Part shown: piece after piece, positions 49,760 through 56,805 of the stretch
How the letters are laid out: every line of letters begins with the position of its first letter
Numbering within the stretch: position 1 is the stretch's first letter
Program-made: the position numbers and the translations under genes
Assembly: GCA_045225715.1 (NCBI GenBank)
Contig: JBGVBS010000015.1
Span: 1,001 to 65,000 of the forward strand
DNA: 64,000 nt
Source: Oscillospiraceae bacterium
Lineage (GTDB): Bacteria; Bacillota; Clostridia; Oscillospirales; Oscillospiraceae
Reading direction: 5' to 3'
The notes under the pieces: generated by a model
The model's input: only the letters and a program-made list of their open reading frames with translations
What the model was told of the DNA's origin: nothing
Database searches by the model: none

Positions 49760-50993
49760 GGCGCAGTTCCTCCAGAAGCCGCGGTAAGCTCTTGCCGCTT
49801 CGCACTTTCTCGCTCTTGCAGGTCACCATGCCGCTCCACTCCGAGGGATATGGCTGCTCCAGCCCTTCGATCACCACGTTCGGATCAATCTCGACGAAGC
49901 TGCCGCCGCAGGCGATGCGCGTCATGATTTCCGGGAAAAAGTGGTCGAGCTTGCCGACGACCATATAAAGGCCGGTGCCACGCTCGTCATCATCGTCCAC
50001 GCCGGAGAAAAACGCTTCCATGCTGTTGTGACTGTGGATGTCCGCGTAACGGATATAGCGGTCTTCGTCCTCATACGGGCAGTCCGTGAGATCCGCGTCG
50101 ATCGCTTCTTTCGAGACCGTCTGCTTGGGAACATAGGCAAAGAAGTCCTTTGTCTCCTTGTCCCAATAGATGATCGCCAGCGCCTCGTATTCGCTGTTCC
50201 CCTGCATAAAGGAACGGAAGAAAGCGATGATCTGCCCGATCAGGCGCATCGGGACGCGGGGCAGAGCCGGGATGAACCCGGCCCTGACCTCCTCAAAATC
50301 GACGACCTTGTGTTTGGGGGCGATGAACTCGCCCTGCTCGGTCTTGTGCATCTCGTAGATCTTGCCGTCGCTGCCTGGGAAAAGGCAGATGACCTTATCC
50401 GAGGCCCGCGCGTCCGTCACGGAGACAAACTTCCCCTTGTAGGAAGTCGCCGTACCCTTTTTCTGCATGGTTACTTTCGGCTTGATGAGGCAATCCGGGT
50501 TCTTGTCCTTCGCCTTCTTGAGCGCGTCGAGGAACTCACGGGAGCGTTCGATGGTCTCTTTCATGGAGATGATCGTGGTGCCCTTCGGATCTTTGATCTG
50601 CTTGATGATGCCGCAGTATTCCACGCTCCACGAGACGTTTTTGCCCTCCTCCAGATCGGTGAAGTCCTCAGACTTGCGGATACGAAGCTCCTCAAAGGTC
50701 ATGGAGGGATCGTCGATGGGTTCCTTCGCGTTCTTGTGGCAGAACACGGGCGGCTTCTCAAAAAGCCCCTTCTGCGCGTTCTCCACCGTCTTCTGGGAGA
50801 ATGCCGCCGCCAATGGGTTTTCCGTGGGCGTTTCCTCAGCGGGCTGCTGCGGCGCGGCGGCAGGCTCCGACTCAAACGGGTTTGCGTCGCCAGTGGTCGT
50901 GCTGCTGCCGGACTGGAAGATGCCGTCAAAGTTCAATCCTTCGGCCTCGGGCAGATCCCCAAACGGCCAACTGTTGCTGTTCGCTTCGCTCAT
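49749..50993 (-). CDS. JAB/MPN (JAMM) metallopeptidase-domain protein with long N-terminal extension
   Basis: Complete JAMM signature: E(YEALAIIY) ... HSH-x7-S-x2-D (IHSHNSMEAFFSGVD, encoded about 49995-50036). Start set at MSEANSNSW with a GGGAG RBS; the ORF track start at 51074 is an alternative. Confidence 0.85.
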   Translation of the reverse strand: MSEANSNSWPFGDLPEAEGLNFDGIFQSGSSTTTGDANPFESEPAAAPQQPAEETPTENPLAAAFSQKTVENAQKGLFEKPPVFCHKNAKEPIDDPSMTFEELRIRKSEDFTDLEEGKNVSWSVEYCGIIKQIKDPKGTTIISMKETIERSREFLDALKKAKDKNPDCLIKPKVTMQKKGTATSYKGKFVSVTDARASDKVICLFPGSDGKIYEMHKTEQGEFIAPKHKVVDFEEVRAGFIPALPRVPMRLIGQIIAFFRSFMQGNSEYEALAIIYWDKETKDFFAYVPKQTVSKEAIDADLTDCPYEDEDRYIRYADIHSHNSMEAFFSGVDDDDERGTGLYMVVGKLDHFFPEIMTRIACGGSFVEIDPNVVIEGLEQPYPSEWSGMVTCKSEKVRSGKSLPRLLEELRHEV

Positions 50994-51144
50994 AGGTGTT
51001 ATCTCCCTTCGTGTTTTGGGACAAAAAAAGACCGCAACCGCCCAAAGGCAATTACAGTCACATTTCTTGTCCATATTTGATTTTTCAGGTCATAGTATCC
51101 GGCGGAGGGCGCAATAACCCCCTTTCTTCGCCGTTCCTCCCTCG

Positions 51145-51172
51145 TTTACTCCGCCCTAATTTACTCCGCCCT
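51145..51172. repeat. Tandem direct repeat TTTACTCCGCCCT x2 (2-nt spacer)
   Basis: Two exact 13-bp copies with 15-bp periodicity, in the intergenic region upstream of the JAB/E1 operon. Confidence 0.9.
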
Positions 51173-51230
51173 GAAAACAAGTTCATTGTAGCATTCGGGC
51201 AGGAGTGTGTATAGTTGGAGTTTTTCCAAT

Positions 51231-51267
51231 AGTAAAAACCGGGGGGCTTGTTTCCAAGTCCCCCGGT
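51231..51267 (-). terminator. Rho-independent terminator closing the toxin-immunity cassette
   Basis: Minus strand reads ACCGGGGG-(14 nt loop)-CCCCCGGT followed by TTTTT, 24 nt after the stop at 51291. Confidence 0.75.
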
Positions 51268-51290
51268 ACATAGTTGGCGTTGCGTGTTTC

Positions 51291-51551
51291 CTACGCTGAA
51301 AAGGACGGACGGACATCTCCCTTGATGCCCAGAAGCTCATGCTGCTTGAGTTCCCATGTGACTCTCGTTACTTCCTCAACGAAATAGCGTTCTTTCGCCG
51401 TCGCGGTGTAGTAGCGAATGCCAAATTGCTTGCAAATATCGAACAACAATTCAGTATAGGCGATATTCTCCTTATCCGGCTTTGCAAAATAGCCGCCCGC
51501 TTTTGCTGCAAGATCGTCTAACTCACGGTCAATATCTGCGTTCCTGTCCAT
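51291..51551 (-). CDS. Small acidic protein, candidate immunity/antitoxin partner (86 aa)
   Basis: ATG at 51551 lies 1 nt after the upstream stop and has an AGAGGA RBS. Low GC like its partner. No family recognised. Confidence 0.5.
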   Translation of the reverse strand: MDRNADIDRELDDLAAKAGGYFAKPDKENIAYTELLFDICKQFGIRYYTATAKERYFVEEVTRVTWELKQHELLGIKGDVRPSFSA

Positions 51552-51552
51552 G

Positions 51553-52173
51553 CTATCGTCCTCTTTTGTCAGTCTTGTCAAGCTCCGGCTTGTAGCCAGG
51601 GTGCTCATATATGTACTCGGTATTCCCGGACACCAGTTTTTCTTTTTTCAATACCGTTAAGCTCGGCTGTCCCGCGATGTAGTCCATAATGCCTTCGGCA
51701 AAGATAGAGCGGCAGAAATAGTTTCCGGTATCTTGATCCAGAAACACAAAAAATACAATGTCCGTTTTTGCGCTTTTTACTACAAATTCAGCAGGTATTC
51801 TCGTTCCGCCGCGTACATGGTTTTGATAATAGCGGCAAATACGAAAATCCGAATCCAATCCAGCCTCTAATTGGGTGATGCCAAGCAAGCGTGAACGAAT
51901 ACTGTTCTCCCAATTAACGCTTTTTTCTATGAGGCTGCCGTCTATCGTTCCGTCCATAATTTTTTGCGGCAGCGTGATTTTACGCAGCTCCGATGGGCGA
52001 ACGCCAAAGTCAATGTCATTGGCGTATTGAAAACCGGCAAGGTGGTAAAAATGTTCGGGCAAAAAGTTGAGCGAAATTGACCGAGACCATGTTCCCTTCA
52101 TCCCCAGCAGGAGGCGGTACTCTTTGTCGTATAGGTTTGTCCATGCTATTGCCGCGTCGTTTAGAAGCCCCAT
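51553..52173 (-). CDS. PBECR4-like (phage-Barnase-EndoU-ColicinE5/D-RelE-like) putative nuclease toxin
   Basis: 206 aa. The motif ISLNFLPEHFYHLAGFQY resembles the N-terminal signature I recall for PBECR4-domain proteins. GAGGA RBS. GC visibly lower than its surroundings. Confidence 0.45.
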   Translation of the reverse strand: MGLLNDAAIAWTNLYDKEYRLLLGMKGTWSRSISLNFLPEHFYHLAGFQYANDIDFGVRPSELRKITLPQKIMDGTIDGSLIEKSVNWENSIRSRLLGITQLEAGLDSDFRICRYYQNHVRGGTRIPAEFVVKSAKTDIVFFVFLDQDTGNYFCRSIFAEGIMDYIAGQPSLTVLKKEKLVSGNTEYIYEHPGYKPELDKTDKRGR

Positions 52174-52194
52174 GAACCTGTCCTCTGTGTGTAC

Positions 52195-52383
52195 TCAAAA
52201 ATAGAAGGATACCGCCGAAACGGTATCCCTCTACGTGGTGTTTTCTTTCGGATGGTTGCCCACCCTGAGCCAGTCCGTGGAATCCACCGAACCCTCGTTA
52301 TGGCTCCACAACGAACGGCACGATACCGCGCTGGCCCCGCTCGTTGCTTCTCCGCCGGGGTAACCCTCAAGTGGTTACCTGCT
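52195..52383 (-). ncRNA. Structured ~190-nt leader RNA or sRNA of unknown class, ending in an intrinsic terminator
   Basis: Bounded by a consensus promoter (52390-52418) and a GGATACCG-TTTCGG-CGGTATCC plus U5 terminator (52197-52228). Contains several strong helices, including a GNRA-capped one. No credible ORF. Confidence 0.6.
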
Positions 52384-52389
52384 GATAGT

Positions 52390-52418
52390 ATATTACACTA
52401 TGGCGTAATAAATGTCAA
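52390..52418 (-). promoter_or_regulatory. Consensus sigma-A promoter driving the leader RNA / toxin cassette
   Basis: Minus strand reads TTGACA, 17 nt, TAATAT. Confidence 0.75.
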
Positions 52419-52453
52419 CGAAAAATTGGAAAACAAACTATGGGCAATCGTTT

Positions 52454-54043
52454 TCACACCCTCTCGCTCACGATAGACCTCACGATGTCGTCGCCGGTCA
52501 GCTCGCTGGTGCGGTAGATCTTCTGGCAGAACGCCTGCATGCTGAAATCAAAGCAGGCTTTTCCCTTATCCAGCAGGATGCCGGTCACGGAAAAGTGCCT
52601 TGCGGCCTGTTCCGCGCGCAGCTCCGCGGCAAAGTCCTCCGAAAGCTTGCATTCGCCATCTGTCAGAAATACCACGTCGGCGTTCTCAAAACCGCCGCTT
52701 CTCATAAGCTCCAACGACTGGCGCATCGGCGTTTCAAAGTCCGTGCCTCCGTCCAAAAAGGTCTCTGCCGCGCGGAACTTGTCCTCCGCGGTGTACTCGC
52801 CGGGGCGGAACACGTCTACCTGAACATCGCCGGGATCGGAGAAGTGGATCAGCGCAAAGGCGTGCCGGCCGCTCGCCGCGATCTCCAGCAGCGTCATGGC
52901 GACGGCCTTGCCCCACGCGACGGGATCTCCTCGTGTGGACGCGGATTCGTCGAGGCAGCAGATGATGTCGCCCATACCCTTGAACACCGGCTCGCGGCAC
53001 CGGTACTGCTTGATCTGCTTCGTGCGGTACTTTTGCAGGAACAGAGGCGTCGTCATCGGCGTCGAGAGCATGGCAAGCTCGCTCGTCAGGGCTTTCGACA
53101 GGTCGTTGCCGAGTTCCAGCGAATACTTCTCGCCGCGGCCGTAGGCGTATCCGTTCTTTTTCCCCTGGGCGAAGATTTCACGGAAACGCCCGAGGTAGCG
53201 GGAGATATCCACAAGCTCCTTGCTCTGGCGGACGCGCCGCAGCAGCTCCGTGTTCATGGGGCAACGCGTCATATTGCCCGGCTCGTCGCTCCACGCGGCG
53301 AGGATGTCGCGGGTTTCCTCCGTGTGCGCCTTTGTCGCGGAAAGCATGGCTCCGAGGATGGCGTTTGTTTCATCCTCCTGCCTGTGCAAGCCCACGTCTA
53401 TGATCTGCGATACCGCCTCTACCTGCTTTACCTTGCTCTCCAACTGGTTCGCCGTGCTGACAAGCGCCTTATCCCATTTTTCATCGGGTTCGGGCGACCG
53501 CTCGCGCTCCCGCAGGAGATTCGCCAGATCGTCCGCCCATTCCTGTGCGGAAGCCTCCAGCTTGTCGAGCGTTTCCATGCTCTTGTCGTCGCCGCCGACG
53601 CCGGAAAGCAGATCGTCAAGCTCCGCGGCAGTGCGCCTCGTAAAATCGCTCGCCGCGTCATACGCCAGCATTTCGCGTCCCTCGCAGATGGCCTTGAGCG
53701 TGGAAAAATCGCTTTGCCCGGTCACATGAGAGAGGATGTGCGCGTTGAACTTGCGCGCCATCGCCGAGAGCTTTTCATCGTCGTTTCTGCGCGGGGAAAG
53801 GGAATAGAACGACTGAAACACGTCGCGGGAGAGCGCGGGAAAGCTTTTGAGCTTTCCCGACGCCGCCTGCTCGATCCCGTCCATCTCTTCGTCGCCCGCA
53901 CGGAGGTCTTTGTAGATTTCATCCTCCAGACGCGTCGAACGCAGGATGCGGTCCGTGCGCTCCTTGGGCTTTTTCACCAGCGCACCCACGTTTGCCCACG
54001 CGCTGCGCAGCACGTCGGAAACCGATGTAAACGCTCTTTTCAT
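52454..54043 (-). CDS. von Willebrand factor A (vWA) domain protein
   Basis: C-terminal vWA domain with MIDAS motif DESAS (DxSxS) and LTDGE. The ATG at 54043 overlaps the upstream stop (ATGA); the ORF track start 54076 is a TTG. Confidence 0.85.
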   Translation of the reverse strand: MKRAFTSVSDVLRSAWANVGALVKKPKERTDRILRSTRLEDEIYKDLRAGDEEMDGIEQAASGKLKSFPALSRDVFQSFYSLSPRRNDDEKLSAMARKFNAHILSHVTGQSDFSTLKAICEGREMLAYDAASDFTRRTAAELDDLLSGVGGDDKSMETLDKLEASAQEWADDLANLLRERERSPEPDEKWDKALVSTANQLESKVKQVEAVSQIIDVGLHRQEDETNAILGAMLSATKAHTEETRDILAAWSDEPGNMTRCPMNTELLRRVRQSKELVDISRYLGRFREIFAQGKKNGYAYGRGEKYSLELGNDLSKALTSELAMLSTPMTTPLFLQKYRTKQIKQYRCREPVFKGMGDIICCLDESASTRGDPVAWGKAVAMTLLEIAASGRHAFALIHFSDPGDVQVDVFRPGEYTAEDKFRAAETFLDGGTDFETPMRQSLELMRSGGFENADVVFLTDGECKLSEDFAAELRAEQAARHFSVTGILLDKGKACFDFSMQAFCQKIYRTSELTGDDIVRSIVSERV

Positions 54044-54591
54044 TCCGACGCTCTCCTTTCGGCATTGTGCATCCAAGCAAGGAGGATATCCTGCGCGCGT
54101 TTGCGGTCGTTGCCCAGCTCAGGAAACTCCTTTTGCAGATACGGAACAGCGCCGAGCATATTGGTGACGCCGGATTCCCGGAGCTTATCCAGATATTCAT
54201 AGTATTTCCGCTCTTTTTCCATGTCGTACTCCTCCAATTCTTTCACAGTTTTGCGGACTTTCTCTTCAAAAAAGCGATGCCGCACAAAAATGTCCGCATA
54301 GCAGCCATAAGCGTCGTAATCCTCAATATTGACCTGTCGCAGCCGCGGGTAGTTGCGCCTGTAATAGTCCTCTGAGTTCCAGTCAGTCTTGCACTGCTTG
54401 TCTTCCCGCTGTATCCGAACGCAAAGCTTACAATCGAGCTCTCTTGTTTCAACGTACCATCGGCAAATCAAGTCGTTCGTGCTTCGTCCCGCAAAAAATG
54501 TGTCGTCAACATATTCGCGAGCGAATTGAACGGCTTGTGCAAATTCAAATCCGTCTCTGCATTTGATGATTGCGGACGGCACCATAAACAC
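54040..54591 (-). CDS. Hypothetical protein with DUF5049-like C-terminus (by recollection)
   Basis: 183 aa, GTG start. C-terminal YEYLDKLRESGVTNMLGAVPYLQKEF motif is seen in phage-associated small domains. Confidence 0.5.
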   Translation of the reverse strand: MFMVPSAIIKCRDGFEFAQAVQFAREYVDDTFFAGRSTNDLICRWYVETRELDCKLCVRIQREDKQCKTDWNSEDYYRRNYPRLRQVNIEDYDAYGCYADIFVRHRFFEEKVRKTVKELEEYDMEKERKYYEYLDKLRESGVTNMLGAVPYLQKEFPELGNDRKRAQDILLAWMHNAERRASE

Positions 54592-54612
54592 AGCACTCGC
54601 CTCGCTTTCGCG

Positions 54613-54876
54613 TCAACCGAAAAAGCTTATCGCCTTGTCCGTCAACCACGCCTTGATACCTTCCGGGCATTTGAGAGTGTCTTCACCTCCGCGGCACTCA
54701 AAGTTGCACATCGAGCAGGGGCAAGCCATGTTGCTTTCGATAATCTCCTCGGCGAGCTTCCCGATGAAGCGCATGGTATCCAAGGGGATCTTGCCGCTTT
54801 TGACCTTTTCGGCGCAATCGCCGCAAACCACAAAGCCGGATGAAACGGAAGCGTTGCAGCACATACATTTTGCCAT
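54613..54876 (-). CDS. Cys-rich small protein (zinc-ribbon-like)
   Basis: 87 aa with CMCC, CGDC, CPCSMCNFEC and C motifs. Confidence 0.55.
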   Translation of the reverse strand: MAKCMCCNASVSSGFVVCGDCAEKVKSGKIPLDTMRFIGKLAEEIIESNMACPCSMCNFECRGGEDTLKCPEGIKAWLTDKAISFFG

Positions 54877-54947
54877 AATGCGATTCTCCTTCTCTTGTTA
54901 CTTGCAGGGGAGGGCCGAAGCCCTCCCCATGACATAGCTGTGTTCGA

Positions 54948-55397
54948 TCAGGCGCCGAAGCCGGGATCAAAGCCCTCCGGCACGGCAAAATCGGAAAAAC
55001 CGCCGTCCGCCGGCGCAAAGCTGTCATCCGGCGCGAAGCTGCCATAGGCGGGCGTTTCGTCCTCGCCCTCCTGCTTGGGGCGCGAGTCGCCGAAATACAG
55101 CCGATCCGCGTGGATCTCCGCGCTGCGGCGCTTGTTCCCGTTCTTGTCCGTCCAGGGACGGATCTGCAAGCTGCCGTCCACAACGATCATGCGGCCCTTC
55201 GTGAAATACTTGGCGGCAAACTCCGCGGTGCTGCGCCACGCAACGATGTCGATGAAATCCGTCACCTTTTCCTCTTCCTTGCCGCCATAGTCGCGGTCGC
55301 AGGCGATAGAAAAGCTGCAAACAGCGGTGCCGGACTGCGTGCGGCGCAGTTCGGGATCGTGAGTAAGTCTGCCCATGATAACGATTCTGTTCAGCAT
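54948..55397 (-). CDS. ssb: Single-stranded DNA-binding protein
   Basis: OB-fold N-terminus MLNRIVIMGRLTHDPELRRTQSGTAV and a Gly/Asp-rich tail. Confidence 0.93.
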   Translation of the reverse strand: MLNRIVIMGRLTHDPELRRTQSGTAVCSFSIACDRDYGGKEEEKVTDFIDIVAWRSTAEFAAKYFTKGRMIVVDGSLQIRPWTDKNGNKRRSAEIHADRLYFGDSRPKQEGEDETPAYGSFAPDDSFAPADGGFSDFAVPEGFDPGFGA

Positions 55398-55425
55398 AAT
55401 AGATATCCTCCCAAAAATTAAGTCA

Positions 55426-56805
55426 TTATTGCAGAGCTGTCAGCTCCGCGAGCGGCATGTAGGTGAAGCTCACCGATTCCGCAGCGTCCTTGCTGATCTT
55501 CTCCAGCGTATCCAGAAGCGTCGCCGTCATAGCCCTTTCCGCGTCGGACTCCGCCGCGGCGTCAAGCTCCTGCTGCCTCGCGTAGAGCCGTACCAGCTCG
55601 CCGCGGAGCTTTTGCAGGGCGCTTATGGCGCTGTTCGGGCGCTCTGTGTCGTTGATGCTGTCGTCGAACTCCTCCTTGACCTCATGGGCCATCGCAGCCA
55701 CGTCCGCGACCTTATCCTGCATGGGATTCACGCAAAGACGGTTGAGCACGCTCTCCACAACGGCGCGGTCGCCGGACTTCTCCCACAGGTAGCACTTGAG
55801 GATGAGCATATCCTTCGGCGTCACCTTGTCGCTGCCCTCCAGCCATGCCTTTGCCTGCGCCAGCGGGTAGTAGTTGAGGTACTTTCTGTCGGAGACAGTC
55901 AGATCGTTCCGGCGCAGCTCGCAGAGAATGTCGTCGGCAAGCTCGTTGATGGCGTCGGGGACGGTGATCGCGGCGACCTCACGCTGCATGGCAAGCAGTT
56001 CGTCGAGCGTGATGGTCGTCATGACCTGTCCTGCGTGGCCGCCCTGCTTGTTTTTGAGCACGGCAAGGCGCTTGTCGCGGTCCGCGATGTCCTCCGTCAC
56101 CACCTTGATCTGAAGACGGTCATACAGCGCCTCCAGTATCTTCTCCTGCGGATCGGCAAAGTTGGGTATCTCGTTCGACGCCGCAAAAAAGGAGATGGTC
56201 GGGATGGCGTAGGTGCGTCCCTCGTTGGTGTATTTGCGCTCGTTGAGCGCCATCAACAGCGAGTTCAGCACGCCGTCGTTCGCCTTGAAGCATTCGTCGA
56301 GAAACACGATCTCGGCTTCCGGGATCTTGCCCGCCGTCTGCACGCTCGGCTCGCCGGTGTGATGAATGGCTGCAAGCGCCTTGCGATAGGCGTCCAAATC
56401 CTCCGTTGCGTCCTTCATGGCGACTCGGTTGCCCAAATCGCTCGTGTCCTGCGCGTATTCGTCCGTGATGCGCTCCAGCTCGGCTTTGAGCTTCTGATAG
56501 GCCGGATCGCCCGCAAACGCCGCCTCTGGCACGGAGCCGGGGATGAGGCTTGCAAGGTCGATACGCCCGAAGAGCTGCTCCTCGTCGGTCTGCTTGGAGA
56601 GCAGCCGCTCAAACTGCCGCGCGCCAGTGATGTGCCGGCGAAACAGGTTGATGGAATACGACTTCGCCTGTCCGGGGCGGCCAAGGATAAAGAGGTTGTT
56701 CCGCGTCAGCAGCGCAATGGCGATCAGTTCGGTAAGCTCCTCGCGCTCGGCGACCTCCGCGTTCACGTCCGCGATGACGGCAAGCATCTTTTCACGAAGC
56801 GTCAT
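55426..56805 (-). CDS. MoxR-like AAA+ ATPase
   Basis: Walker A GRPGQAKS and Walker B IVFLDECFKAN; 459 aa with a C-terminal helical domain. Confidence 0.85.
   Translation of the reverse strand: MTLREKMLAVIADVNAEVAEREELTELIAIALLTRNNLFILGRPGQAKSYSINLFRRHITGARQFERLLSKQTDEEQLFGRIDLASLIPGSVPEAAFAGDPAYQKLKAELERITDEYAQDTSDLGNRVAMKDATEDLDAYRKALAAIHHTGEPSVQTAGKIPEAEIVFLDECFKANDGVLNSLLMALNERKYTNEGRTYAIPTISFFAASNEIPNFADPQEKILEALYDRLQIKVVTEDIADRDKRLAVLKNKQGGHAGQVMTTITLDELLAMQREVAAITVPDAINELADDILCELRRNDLTVSDRKYLNYYPLAQAKAWLEGSDKVTPKDMLILKCYLWEKSGDRAVVESVLNRLCVNPMQDKVADVAAMAHEVKEEFDDSINDTERPNSAISALQKLRGELVRLYARQQELDAAAESDAERAMTATLLDTLEKISKDAAESVSFTYMPLAELTALQ

Noticed and set aside
51075-51236. 33-codon minus-strand ORF (MNLFSGRSKLGRSKRG...) spanning the tandem repeats.
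   Set aside because: There is no RBS. The peptide repeat is simply the translation of the DNA repeat. It is treated as regulatory DNA instead.
52161-52476. ORFs of 69 aa (minus) and 95 aa (plus) overlapping the proposed leader RNA.
   Set aside because: There is no Shine-Dalgarno. The predicted products are Arg-rich and unstructured. The region is better explained by the promoter, helices and terminator architecture.
54043-54076. ORF-track start of the vWA gene at 54076.
   Set aside because: That codon is TTG inside the upstream gene. The ATG at 54043 forms an ATGA overlap with the upstream stop, matching the coupling pattern of the whole chain.
54907-54928. Very stable GGGGAGGGC-UUCG-GCCCUCCCC hairpin (as read on the minus strand) between ssb and the Cys-rich gene.
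   Set aside because: It is real as a structure but has no U-run on either strand. It is most simply an intra-operon mRNA stabiliser or processing hairpin and is not reported as a terminator.
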